A DNA stretch of 64,000 bases from Amphiscolops sp. MND2022 (Eukaryota): the NCBI GenBank assembly GCA_964187785.1, contig OZ076409.1:52888001-52952000 (forward strand). Reading direction: 5' to 3'. Each line of letters begins with the position of its first letter. The stretch's first letter is position 1. The notes beneath the pieces were generated by a model that was not told the DNA's origin, ran no database searches, and was given only the letters and a program-made list of their open reading frames with translations. The position numbers and the translations under genes are program-made. Below are positions 12,560-26,679 of the stretch, piece after piece.

Positions 12560-14963
12560 ACGAACATTGTATAACCAGGAGGTGTTAAAGTGGTACCACC
12601 CACTTACCCACAAAACTACAATCCAGAAGCGTCAGCATTTCGCCCACAACATAGAAATGCACATAATGACCAGGATTCCTCAGTAGGTCAAGTGTACAAT
12701 ATGGAGACCGCAGACACGCATGTTATGCCAACATTTGGAGGGGTGTCTGACAATCTCGCAACTGCCAACATGACCCCTCTGATAATCCATTTGCCACCCA
12801 GAGGAGGACCTGACACCCTACAGGAACATAACCTCCCAATCTACCCAGGTGTGCAAGGGGGCTTTCCTTTTCACGTGGTACATAGTCCGAATGTGCTGTT
12901 CATCCCAATCGACGTTAGACGAAACTTCAGGCTTTTTCCAACAGTGATGCCGAATGTAGCTGGACACTGCGACCAATGTGGAAAGACTTATGATCAAGTT
13001 GCCCTCGAGACTTTGGGAAATTATCTAGCAACCACCGCCTATGAAGGAGAGACAGTAAGAGATCGTGGTGTCCGGTCACGAGCCTTCATTGACGGGTTCG
13101 AAGCTATCCTGTTCATCTTCAAAAGAGCGGGACTGTCTCAGCCTGTCAGCTGTGCTGGGTCCGAAGTGCAGCAGTGAATGAAGAAGAACAGAAAGAGCTC
13201 TCACCCCGATGATTAAAACTGACACTAACCACCCAATTCCTTCTTGAAAACTTGCATAAACATTTTAATTGGGGGTTATTTATTTGATTTGTCATTTTGA
13301 AAGATGCTAAACAAATATCTTGAACAACCCTTTTTGTAATAAGTTTGCTCTAAGCATCAAAGGAGAGCTAAAATGCATTAAAATTTGAGACAATTTACCT
13401 AGAAAGATCATTGCATGACTAATAGATTACGTAATGATATCGTTTTTTGAACTCAACACCATTAAATGAACATTTGTGCTGATGACTATGCGTCATTATA
13501 CGTTTTGAGCTTTGTTGAATAATCACAATCATGCCTTTTTTATAATTGAACTATGCGGCATCCTACAGCCCGATGCCTGATGATTACTCGTCACTATGCG
13601 GACTACCACTATGCGGTACCCCGCGGTTTGATAAGTAACGTATACTCGTCAGTATGCGTTTTTAGCATGATAACCATTCAAAATGAGATATAACGTTATA
13701 CATTTCAATTATTTTTCCGAGTACGCGCTTGACAGTCTCCAACGCAGTTTTCCAGGGTTTTATTGGACCTATTCATCAGTTTTGAATGTGATATAAATAT
13801 TCTGACGTAATGATGATGCTATCCTAATTTTGCCTCCCAGGCCAGCGTGATTCCTCTAAAAAGGAGTGTCATGCTCCCAATTTTTTTAAGTAAATTAACT
13901 TTAGCATAGATATTCATACCAATTTTGACCCTCACTGTGATCAGTTGCTATAATCATCACTCTAACTAAACTGTAAAAGCAGTTTTTTCCAACATTAGCA
14001 CCGTTTCTTTGAAATACCTTTCGGTATTTGGAATACTTCAAGACAATTCAAATTCTTCCCCAACAACCAAAATACACCTTTTCGCTTGAGCAAGATGGGA
14101 AATAAGAGAAACAGAAGGTCCAGGAGACTGGCAACACCATCTCCTGACAGGGAGTTGAGCGTAACACAAGTAGAAACACCTAATCCAGGTAATGAGACTT
14201 TAACTAATTCTAATGTTAATGTTCAAGAAGGTTTAGGTGAAAACAGCTCTTTAAATCAATTAACTGAACCCAGTTTACTCAACAGTGAAGTTCAAGTATG
14301 GACCCAAATAATGGAACAGAAGAATGATAGCAAAATCGAGAAAATGAGAGAAGAAATGGATAGTGAACTTGAGGCGATTTTGAGAGAAGTTAAATCAAAT
14401 AAAACTGCATCAACAATGACAAACCCAAGGTCAGATTTCAACGAAATGCAAGATTCACAACCTTTGGGATCCAAAACAGCCAAGTCTATAGGAGTTCACG
14501 CATCTAATAACGAAAACTCAGATTCTGAAAATGACGATTTTCCTCTCAGAGCTTCTAAAATGAAAGACCTAAAGCATCCTGCGAAACCGCTATTCCGGAG
14601 CGAATCTGATGTAGATGCAACTATACATTCAGACGAAGAGTCTGATATAGAAGAGGATTATCACATCAACATTTTACGTTGGGGCATACGGGAACAGCAT
14701 ACGTTTGGGCCCTGCTCAAGTCTCAAAAATAGCAAGAGTATTTTGAAGCGTCATAGATTCTCTTTCGAATAAATTCTCAATTTCAAAGTACCAAAATAAG
14801 CCAAAGACCTTTTTGAAGGGGAGGGTGCATTATTTCCAAACATCCGCCTCCTCTTCGGTAATACACAATTTAATTCGGATATAGTGCAATATTTTTGAGC
14901 CTCTGCTTCTTCTTTAGCAAAACACAATTTATTTTCATATATACCGTCAAAAGTATAAAAGTT
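12560..14963. repeat. Second duplication: copy of the end of the sense ORF, the 3' LTR (13134-14665) and about 300 bp of flank
   Basis: 12560 onward matches 9008 onward (offset 3552). 14666-14963 matches 12240-12556 with a small deletion. Confidence 0.95.
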
Positions 14964-17752
14964 CGGACATAGCGTGCTGCGACAAATGGGAGCCAGCCTT
15001 CTTTCAAACTTCCGTCTCCTCAGTAAAGCGCAAATTACTTCGGATATGACGTCTTAATTCTGATATAGCGCAAAACTTTGTTCATATCAGAAAAATCGAG
15101 TTAATATATTTAAAAATATAGTTTAGTATATAGTCTATTGGAGTTGATATAGTTCAGTTCGGTACATCTCAAGATTTCGTAGAATTTTTAAACTATTTTG
15201 GCCAGTCCGCGTAGATTGAAGATTTTTTTTTATTTTCAATAAAGCGCCGATTAAAAGTGATTTTCGGGTTTTCTCAACAAGTTGCAAAAAACTTCCGCGT
15301 TGCAAGACATGAGACGGGTGTTCGTCTTGAACCAGTGTGGAACTCTTGTTCAAGTTGATATTGAATCATAAGTTGATATTGAATAATCATTTTGAATATT
15401 ATATTGATAAAGAATTATAATTAAAACGTCTTCAGATGGAAAATAAGCTAGTTGAAATTCAAACAGTTCGATCAGATTCCGACGAAAATCGTTTCTAGCC
15501 AGTGTCGAATTTTCGCAATTTTTCAGATTGAACTATGATAACGTTTTCAGAAAAAAACATAGACGGATGAAACGTGATTTTTTCTCATTGATTAAAATGA
15601 GTGATTAAAAATAATTAAGCCATACAGTACTTCTTCTACCACTAGGCGTCGTTCCATTTTAAAAATCGTAAAATTTTGTGGCATAATTTTAACCTCTGGC
15701 ATTTGCATGAATCATTTTCCCGATCATTCTTAAATATCTACAAAGGCTTGTAATACGGTTGATCCAGTATGAACCTTACCGAGTTTCGGTGCATACTTAG
15801 CAAGTTGTTTACCAACAAACTTAATTTAAAAAGACATTTGTATTGCCATTATATTTTGAATATAGATACACTATAGTTTGTGATAAACTTAGTACAAATC
15901 ATACGTACAAATTTCAGAGTACTTTTAAACTGTGTTTTTTATTGGAAAACTCTTAGAATACAACATGGCGCAGTCAGCCAATTTTTAAATCAATTACCGA
16001 ACTTACTATCACAAAATCCTATCTATGGCTGAACGAAACATTGTACCGAACCTAGAAGCAAAGGCCACCGACGGAAATCCGGTATTCACACCGAAACAAT
16101 GGCTGGAAAGATTCGGACAATTCTCCAAACGGGAACACAAAATTGACATTGCACCATTGATAAAAGGAGAAGAAATAACTCAGAACGGTTGGAACGGAAA
16201 AGAACAAGCAATACAAGAAGATTTTATTTGGGGAGCTGGACTGGAAGCCCTCTTAACCAAATAACACGAGCCGAATATAAAACGGAATCGGACACAATCA
16301 AAATCAAAGATCTAATCCGGTTGTTAACCGAATACTATATGCGGAAAAGAAACACCACAACCGGAGAGATTTCTTCTGGGCGAAACAGACGGAAGAAGAA
16401 ACACCAGAATAATTTTAAAGACGGATAATTGAAATCGAAAAAGAATGTCATTTCAACACAGTCTCGGCGGAAGAACTATTGATATCGAAGTACATGACTG
16501 CGATTGCCGATAAAAAGTTATGGGATAAAATAATGAAAGAAAAGACACTAATTGAAGCAAATAATGGAACTAATAAAACAGGACACATACGAGAAGAACA
16601 AAAAGAACACGATTCCAGAAGCACTGATATCATCAAAAGAAAAACAAGCTATTAAAGAAGAACCGATACAAAGAATGGAACGATTCGGAACAAGACGGAA
16701 AAACAAAAATTTCAATAGCTGGCCATGCAGATATTGCGGTGTTTCAAACTGGTCACCTCTGCACAAATGCCCCGCATTAGAAGTAAACTGTAACAAATGC
16801 GGTAAGAAAGGACACTACGCAGAAGCACGCAGACAGAAATTCAACAACAACGAACAGTAAAGAGATTAACCAAGGAAGAAACAATTGAACGGAATGAATC
16901 ATACGATGAATCGAATGAAAGCATAAACCACATAAAAGAAATTAAGAAGATCGAAGAAACAAACAAACATTACACAGCAACAATCAAATAAAATGGAGTG
17001 AGAAAAGACTTCATAAATGATACTGGATCCCCAATAACAATAATGCTTTCTGGACAAAAGAAGTTAAACCAACCGAGATACAAAAAGTCACAAATCGATA
17101 TCAAGACTTCAATAAAAGTTCCGGGGAAAAAGTTCAAAGTGAAGTTCCGGGGAAAAATTTCGGTAGACGTTGAGTACGAAAACAACAAACAAAAAATGGA
17201 AATACTGATAACCGAAAGAACGGATGTCACACCTCTGCTGTGAATGGACTGGATCAAACTATTCAAATTGACAATCGGAAAAATACAATTGGCCGAAAGC
17301 AAGCAATCAGAACGCGAGAAAGTATCAAACCGATTTCCGGATCTGTTTGAGAATAATGAAAGAAAAACAGACACCGAGATAAACATTCAACTGAAGCCGG
17401 GACATTACCCAATCAAAAAAGCAAGACCGGTACCACTAAATCTACAAGAAGATGTCGGACGGGAATTAGAAAAACTAATTCGAACCGAACACTTTGAGAA
17501 AATAAACGAATAAACGATGTAGATGACAACTGTTTTGTATACCCGGTCGTGATAACAGTGAAAACCGATAAATCAGTGAAATTTGCGCTAGAGTCACAGA
17601 AATTAAATGAAAACTGTATCAAAATGCGACCACACATGCTGAATATGGAGGAATTGTTGAACCTAATTTCGATGAAAAAATAACTTGTGACCGTACATTA
17701 CAACTATTTATATCAAAAATAGACCTGGACTACGCATAAGGACAAATGGAAT

Positions 17753-20700
17753 TATCAGACGAAACGAGCAGTCAATGCGTATTTGCAAAAACCGGAGGAA
17801 AAATCAGCAGGTACTACATATTCAAAAAAGGATTCTGTGGACTCGCAGATATACCGACGATATTCCAGGAAAAAATTGACCGGACATTAGAGTATTGTAC
17901 ATCGGCATGGTCGAACGATATAATAGTAGTAACCCGGGGAGACAAAAAAAGAACACGAGAAAAAACTTCGACGTACTAATCAAGCTGGGAAAAATTGGAT
18001 ACCGAGCGAGTAAAAAGAAATCCGAACTCTTCATGAATAAAACAAAATGGCTTTGACACGAAATAGACGGAGACAAAATAAAACCGAACGAAGAGAAATT
18101 GGAAGAAATAATATAATTAAAACCACTGAAAAACACGAAGAAATTAAAGTCATTTCTCGGTGCAACACAGTACATGGCTAAATTCTTACCAAAATATTCG
18201 GAATAGACAGACCCACTGAGAAAATTACTCAAAAAGAACAAACCCTGGAAATTGGGACCGAAGCAAGAAGTAGATTTGAACCGGACGAAACAAAACATAC
18301 ATCCGGGCAGTCGGATATCAGCGCTTCAAATTCAAGTCGTCAAGCGAACCTGAATTCAAAAGTTATTGAAAAAGAGAATTCATTCAAATCAAATTCGAAA
18401 GTTACTGAAATGGACCGAGAAAACTGTTATCACTGGGGTGCGACATAGGAGATCATGGAGATAATACGGAAGAGAAACAAAAGCCCGGAGACAAGAACAC
18501 TCGTAGACCAAAGAAATGCGTTATCAAGACCAGTAACTCTACAACGACGATACGACCATCACTCCCAAAGGACGATATTCGCACCTTAACCTCCAAACAA
18601 ACACACTCGAGAGCCAATAGCCGAGATAGACGCCGAACTGCTACAAAGAGCAAATCGACTGGGGTGTGGTTACCAAACGTACGAAAATGAAATAGAAAAG
18701 ACCGAAAATCCGGAAGAAGGAGAGATTGAACCCGAGCAAGTATAAACGGAGTAAGATAGCGTAATTCTCCGAGGAGACAATCTGCCAATAGTGGAGTGGA
18801 GCAAATTCAACACGTTGGGCAAGGAAGCCCACTACTTTCATATTAACCTCATCGTGAAAAAAATTATCCGGTAACAAAAAACAAACCGAAGACACAGTCA
18901 AAAAAGCTGATATTGAATTTATGCTGGACCTGTAGAGCCTGATATCCAGAACTGCAGTTGATCCCGAACTAACGATAGTGGGAGCAAGCATGAGACGGTA
19001 AAACAGAGAAACAACCCGCAACGAATACAGGTCGGTATTCGACAAACACTCAATAAGATGGGGTTTCGTATTTACGAACGACCAAATTGTAGTTCCGGTG
19101 GATCACCGAAGAAGGCTACTAGACATCCTTTATTTCGGTCATGCCGGGACCACGAAGATGCTGGCCGAAACAAAAATTTTCTAGTGGCCGGAAATTAACC
19201 GGGACACATAAAACAAAATCAAGGAATTGTCGCATCAGGTAAAAGTTTAAAATATCAATTACCGAGTAATCACTACGGGAAATTGAAAAAGTTATCCGAA
19301 CCGGGCCAAGAAATACAAATTGATTTTACCGAAAAATTACATAATAAGATAAAAGACTATATACAAATTTTGATAGCGGTAGACCGATTTAGCAAATGGC
19401 CAACGGTAAAACCGTGTAAAACCGCAGAAACAAAAAAGTTATAAATTTCTTAACAACAAAATTTGAATTTACTCGGAATACCCGATAAGAAAATCCGATA
19501 ACGGAGGAGCTTTTGCATTGGAAGAATACAAAAAATTCTGCAAAAACCGAAATATAAAAATTGAATACTGCACACCCCGGTGACATACGGGAAACGGGAC
19601 GGTAGAAAGAGCGATACAAACTATCAGACGAAACGAGCAGTCAATGCGTATTTGCAAAAACCGGAGGAAAAATCAGCAGGTACTACATATTCAAAAAAGG
19701 ATTCTGTGGACTCGCAGATATACCGACGATATTCCAGGAAAAAATTGACCGGACATTAGAGTATTGTACATCGGCATGGTCGAACGATATAATAGTAGTA
19801 ACCCGGGGAGACAAAAAAAGAACACGAGAAAAAACTTCGACGTACTAATCAAGCTGGGAAAAATTGGATACCGAGCGAGTAAAAAGAAATCCGAACTCTT
19901 CATGAATAAAACAAAATGGCTTTGACACGAAATAGACGGAGACAAAATAAAACCGAACGAAGAGAAATTGGAAGAAATAATATAATTAAAACCACTGAAA
20001 AACACGAAGAAATTAAAGTCATTTCTCGGTGCAACACAGTACATGGCTAAATTCTTACCAAAATATTCGGAATAGACAGACCCACTGAGAAAATTACTCA
20101 AAAAGAACAAACCCTGGAAATTGGGACCGAAGCAAGAAGTAGATTTGAACCGGACGAAACAAAACATACATCCGGGCAGTCGGATATCAGCGCTTCAAAT
20201 TCAAGTCGTCAAGCGAACCTGAATTCAAAAGTTATTGAAAAAGAGAATTCATTCAAATCAAATTCGAAAGTTACTGAAATGGACCGAGAAAACTGTTATC
20301 ACTGGGGTGCGACATAGGAGATCATGGAGATAATACGGAAGAGAAACAAAAGCCCGGAGACAAGAACACTCGTAGACCAAAGAAATGCGTTATCAAGACC
20401 AGTAACTCTACAACGACGATACGACCATCACTCCCAAAGGACGATATTCGCACCTTAACCTCCAAACAAACACACTCGAGAGCCAATAGCCGAGATAGAC
20501 GCCGAACTGCTACAAAGAGCAAATCGACTGGGGTGTGGTTACCAAACGTACGAAAATGAAATAGAAAAGACCGAAAATCCGGAAGAAGGAGAGATTGAAC
20601 CCGAGCAAGTATAAACGGAGTAAGATAGCGTAATTCTCCGAGGAGACAATCTGCCAATAGTGGAGTGGAGCAAATTCAACACGTTGGGCAAGGAAGCCCA

Positions 20701-21490
20701 CTACTTTCATATTAACCTCATCGTGAAAAAAATTATCCGGTAACAAAAAACAAACCGAAGACACAGTCAAAAAAGCTGATATTGAATTTATGCTGGACCT
20801 GTAGAGCCTGATATCCAGAACTGCAGTTGATCCCGAACTAACGATAGTGGGAGCAAGCATGAGACGGTAAAACAGAGAAACAACCCGCAACGAATACAGG
20901 TCGGTATTCGACAAACACTCAATAAGATGGGGTTTCGTATTTACGAACGACCAAATTGTAGTTCCGGTGGATCACCGAAGAAGGCTACTAGACATCCTTT
21001 ATTTCGGTCATGCCGGGACCACGAAGATGCTGGCCGAAACAAAAATTTTCTAGTGGCCGGAAATTAACCGGGACACATAAAACAAAATCAAGGAATTGTC
21101 GCATCAGGTAAAAGTTTAAAATATCAATTACCGAGTAATCACTACGGGAAATTGAAAAAGTTATCCGAACCGGGCCAAGAAATACAAATTGATTTTACCG
21201 AAAAATTACATAATAAGATAAAAGACTATATACAAATTTTGATAGCGGTAGACCGATTTAGCAAATGGCCAACGGTAAAACCGTGTAAAACCGCAGAAAC
21301 AAAAAAGTTATAAATTTCTTAACAACAAAATTTGAATTTACTCGGAATACCCGATAAGAAAATCCGATAACGGAGGAGCTTTTGCATTGGAAGAATACAA
21401 AAAATTCTGCAAAAACCGAAATATAAAAATTGAATACTGCACACCCCGGTGACATACGGGAAACGGGACGGTAGAAAGAGCGATACAAAC
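17753..21490. repeat. Internal tandem duplication in C, 1869-bp unit (17753-19621 / 19622-21490)
   Basis: Identical ORF translations at offset 1869, including the lesions. Confidence 0.95.
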
Positions 21491-22589
21491 TTCAAAAGCC
21501 TTTACCGGAAACGATTTAACGGAAAATATAAACCGAGCGCTTCCGGTGATGAGTTTCACAAAGCACACAGGTTTGAGAAGAACGCCATTTGAACTACACC
21601 ACGGTAGAAAACCGAGGACCGAATTAACTAATACAGTTGAAGACGGAAAAGCATATCATTCGGAGTGGTCAAAAATAACTAATTCAGCACCAAAGAAACC
21701 AAAAATCCCATTCTATGTGGGCCGTGATGCGGATGGGGAAATAACCAACCATATGGTCATGGCCAAAACAAAGACGGAAGAGAAGCAAGCAAACGAAGGC
21801 CAAAAGTCTCCGAGGAAGAAAGCTTCGGTTGGATATCTTTCTAAATTTGTAGAGACAAATCACTACAAAAAATCACTATAAGGAAAGTTTCAAAAAAAAA
21901 TACAAACCGCAATTGACGGAACAGAAAATACCGGGAAAACGGACACAGGAAAACTAATACACCAAAAATTTATTTCGGGACCACTGTTTCAGACCGAGAA
22001 AAGAAGCCGGAAGGAGACGGCAATAACGGGCGGTGAAATACCAACGAAAAACCGACATCACCTGAGAGGGCTAGACGGAAAATAGGACCGATGGTATAAG
22101 ATACTGCACGACATCCTAAGCAGCAAACTAAAGATCGTGCAAAATAGAAAAAGAGCGGAATCAGATACCAAAAACGATGATGACGATGATGAAGAAGAAA
22201 TGCCGGAAGATACCGGAGACCAAGTATACGACACCTCAGAACGAGACGGCCGCTATGAGCCAATACGGACCAACCTGGAGGAAGACGTAATCCAAATCCA
22301 CATTGACGGCGAAATCCCAGAGTGTGAGAAAATTGAAAATACAATACGGCGATCTAGCCGGAATATAAATAGAGTGAGTAGATACGGCAGTGTACCTTAT
22401 ACTGGAAATTTTTGGGGATAACAAAATCATAAATGTTTGTAATATTACAGGTTCAAACTGGATTGTAAGGAAGGGAACGCCACTACCACAAAGCACTCGC
22501 AAGCCAGCTGTTTTCATGCCCGGAGAGATAACCTCTCCTGGAACATCTACCTTCCTGTAAAGAAGAAGCCCCGAGAAAGAGACGTAAAT

Positions 22590-22931
22590 GTTGTTAACCG
22601 AATACTATATGCGGAAAAGAAACACCACAACCGGAGAGATTTCTTCTGGGCGAAACAGGCGGAAGAAGAAACACCAGAATAATTTTGAAGACGGATAATT
22701 GAAATCGAAAAAGAATGTCATTTCAACATAGTCTCGGCGGAAGAACTATTGATATCGAAGTACATGACTGCGATCGCCGATAAAAAGTTATGGGATAAAA
22801 TAATGAAAGAAAAGACACTAATTGAAGCAAATAATGGAACTAATAAAACAGGACACATACGAGAAGAACAAAAAGAACACGATTCCACAAGCACTGATAT
22901 CATCAAAGGAAAAACAAGCTATTAAAGAAGA
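22590..22931 (+). repeat. Copy of C gag segment 16320-16661 placed at the PPT/3' LTR junction
   Basis: Near-identical sequence at offset 6270, replacing the first ~20 bp of the 3' LTR. Confidence 0.9.
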
Positions 22932-24021
22932 TAATCCCGAATGAACCTTACCGAGTTTCGGTGCATACTTAGCAAATTGTTTACCAACTAACTTAAATTA
23001 AAAAGACATTTGTATTGCCATTATATTTTGAATATAGATATACTAAAGTTGTGATAAACTTAGTACAAATCATACGTACAAAATTCAGAGTACTTTTAAA
23101 CTGGGTTTTTTAATAGAAAACTCTAAGAATACAACAAGGTGCACTTTTATCTCGGAATTTTCTCAGCTCTAATCTATCTAAACAAGGGTTCAAAGCTTGC
23201 AAAAAAGTTTAACTTCAACAGTGATTTCGTCCTCAAATGAGGACAGCGATTTGTTTCACAATCAATAAAATTACGAAACGCAAAAAACGTATAGGAAAAC
23301 GAAACTTTGTCGTTCTCATCAACAATCAATTGGACGTCCTGGGGTGATATGTTAGTGTCAGTATAGTTTGTTTTCCGAACCACCGGCAAAACAATTAACT
23401 GGAAAGAAATGAAACTTTGCAAAAAGACTTTTCAGAAAATTACCATATTCTCAATAACGCAACACCAGTTTGCTAAGTTACTGTCAGACTCTAGTAACAC
23501 AGTTTGCCACCATTGAAATGGCATATTGAAGTTTTTCAATGATGCTTCTGTTAAGAGGTCGACCGGCATTTGAAAGGCCCGGCGAAGCGGAGCCCGCGCA
23601 GCCGGGGTGGCGCTCTCATTCTAAAATGTGGCGTCAACTCCCGGTTTAACTAGTGTGTATTTGAAAGTTTTTTGTAAAGGGCTTTCAGGAGCAGAAAACC
23701 GATTTGAGCTGTGGCTATTAGTCGTGGAGAAAATAGGCTTGCCAATTTTTTGTCAATTTTTGTACTTCTCGGTGTACTGTCGAGGTTGACAAACTTCTCC
23801 AACATTTTTTGGCATTTTCAATTTTTCCATACTTCGCCGAAATTTGACACTTTTGCGACTAGTTGTTTCTTTGGCTCACTCTTAAATGTCTACTTGTAAT
23901 GATTTTTTGTGTATAGATTTACGACAAATGACCTGCCACTTGAGTCACGAGCTGGTCTGAAGAAGTCTTGTTTACGTTTGCGGAACTAGAAAGGATCTAA
24001 GATTTTTCAGCACTGCCACGT

Positions 24022-24522
24022 TTTTAGTCGGCGCTTTTCTTAAGAAAAGAGCCCGACTATTACAGTCACTCGTTTTTTTTCTTTTTTTTTTTATTTAAGA
24101 CAGACTCGAAGCGACGAACGTTAAAATTAACGTTCAACTACTAAATACAGTACTACTAAAATACTGGCAGCGCATTTGAGATAGTGCAAAGGGTCCCCCC
24201 TTTCAAAAAGTCCATTTTTATTGTAAGATACAAAACAGGACGAGACTATAGGGTCCCCCCTTTGATTTTTTTTCGGCACTGTGCGACTTTTTTTTCGAAA
24301 ATTTTTTTTGTCCCCAAAGGGTCCCCGCTTCAAGTTTTTTGATATTTTGCAACGGAATGTATGTTAATAAATCCAGAAGGATCCCGCTTCTACATTTTTC
24401 GGCACTATGCGACTTTTTTTGAAAGAAAAAAATTTTTCGAAAATTTCAATTTTTTTCCAAAATTTTTTTTGCGCTTTTTGAGCCTTAGATATGGCGCCGA
24501 CTTTAGACGTTCCCGTCTTGTT
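24022..24522 (+). mobile_element. DINE-1/Helentron-associated (HINE)-like non-autonomous repeat
   Basis: 5' TTTTAGTCGGCGC with a nearby inverted GCCCGACT, 3' GGCGCCGACTT plus a GACGTTCCCGTC hairpin, T-rich flanks. Same family as 61670-62032. Confidence 0.6.
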
Positions 24523-26679
24523 TCAAAGATAGTTTTCATTCTACCGAAGTTTTCACTTTCAGTTAGGGAACGGTTTTCTTTCAACCGTGAAGGGGTGACC
24601 CTCTTCCTATTTGAATATGTGGAATTTTTAGATTTTTGGCGTTTTTATAAAAATCCTATTGTTTTTGCGCGAAGCCCCAGAATATAGACAGAACTAAGTT
24701 TATCACATTCCTAGACTCGCCGATTTAGTACAAGCAGCTGCAAAGCTGACTATAGCATGTTTTGTTAAGGCTCAATTGGCTAACCCGGCGTTTACTTATT
24801 AATAGCTACTTCTCGTCATTCAAATATAAAGTAGAATTGACGTCAACGATGTAATTCATCGAATCGCTAAGAAAGAATTGATCTTTCAGGGCGAATTTCT
24901 TTCACTACGTTTTTCGTTTGTACGAAAAGCTGCCGTATGTCAAAAAACACCACCCTCCCTTTTTTGAGAAACTTTTTCCGATCAGGCTCAAAATTGGCAT
25001 GCATATACTAGATGTGGGAACTCAACTTTCGATTCGGAGCACCCGACCTCGTACCTCCCCCAAATCCAAGCTATTGGCTTCGAAGGTGCACTAGGTCGAC
25101 CCCTACAGGCGCGTCGGCGAAACTTGGAAAAGGTCATATGATAAATGGAATTGATAGCCCATAGGATATTAGGCCGTTTAAATGCTTTCGGAACACCTAA
25201 TACACGCGTAGGGGAAGCACGGACCCTATGTAGACAAATTCCGAATGTTATGTAAAACGTCACCAGTCGACCCGAGGATCATGAAGCTTACCTAAGATGT
25301 TCATCTACCAACATTTAGTAAAATAGGTGAAAGACACATTAAGCGGCCCATGGTGAGCAAAGCATTGTTTCTTCAAGACACGCTGGAGCGGACGCGCGGA
25401 CCTGATAGAAAAAAAGACATTTGATCTCAGCGTGTAAAACCTCGAACGAACCACAATAACGAGTGTAGTCGATTACTAACGTTAATGAAACTGTCTTTGT
25501 AACCCATTCGGAAATAATCGCATGTAATTGAAGGTCTTGGGCAACTCTGTCGACATTTGAATAATCTTGAATTTCCTTAGAATGTGAACTTCGAACAAGA
25601 TGTTAAATTATTTGTTGTTGGCGGCAAAAGAATGTTCAGTCGAAGTATAATTAGTGGCGTTCGCCATGGCATACAAGGAATAGGTAAACATGAAGGTAAA
25701 AGCATGCAAACTTAAGGTGCCGACGCCTTATAATGAAAATGCCAAGTACGATAGAAATTGAAGTTGTACCACCAGAAACACGTGCAAGGAACAAACATAA
25801 TCGAGGCGCAATTGAAATATACTGGAATAGATACAACTAAGGTAGAAACGTAGAAGTAAGTTGAGTTTCGATGAGACAAGATACTTTTCTGGAAGTTGTG
25901 TTGTCGCTATCTCAGAGTAGATTTGGTAACAAGTCCGGGACTTGTGATTTTGTTGAAGTCGGAGCTTCAACAGGATTCTACCGTGCCTAACGTACCCGGC
26001 TGAATTGCGGATTCGGTTGCGGTCGTTTCCGTTTAGTGGGAATTGAAGATAGTATTTCGTGAACATATTCGACTGTATTTTATAGCTATCATCTTCATAT
26101 TCAATTAGAATATTACAAGCTAGTCTCTCATGAGTTTATAGCCGTGAGCCGATAAAACAACAACTGGAGAGAAATTGACAGGAACTACAAAAGAATCGGC
26201 TAACTCACCAAAACAACTTTGTTTCTGTTAAGCTTCCAATTGGAGGTAAAACTCTCTCCAAGCCCCCGAGTTTGATTTTCTTACAGGATAATTGGATGCT
26301 AAAAGTTGGACCTTACTTTGATTCAACAAAAAACTTCGTGTTGCCTACTTAGAGATAATGATATCGTAAGAAGGTACAATTTGCAGTCGACCACTTTCGT
26401 TTTCCGATGCAGAGTAAGTACCGTTTTTATCATATAACCCCAATAACATTTCATAAGTAAAACAATCCAATTTAGATTGTTCTTGAATTTGATTGGTTCT
26501 CAGCAGCTGTTTGAATTTTTGATCAGAAAAGCAGTTCGTTCAAGACCACAGTTGTTTTGCTTCGTCTAGATTAACAGATTCAATTATCAATAATTAGTCT
26601 AATTAAAGGCAGCCCTCTGTTTCAGCTTTTGAATATGAGTTTTGAGATTCGTCCAGCTGAAGTTGAAGTCTTGGTTACT

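Larger units (their letters stand above)
15749..23136 (+). mobile_element. Element C: decayed short-LTR Ty3/Gypsy retrotransposon, same family as D
   Basis: 5' LTR 15749-15965 (TGT...ACA), PBS TGGCGCAGTC, gag ATG 16025 with CCHC knuckles, protease DTGSP, broken RT and integrase, RNase H deleted near 18298, 3' LTR remnant 22941-23136. Confidence 0.9.

Noticed and set aside
15744..23141. TSD for element C
   Set aside because: The flanks AGGCT and AGGTG match only 3 of 5 bases, so no TSD is claimed.
25651..26066. Minus-strand ORFs downstream of the host gene
   Set aside because: No recognisable motifs or convincing splice partners.
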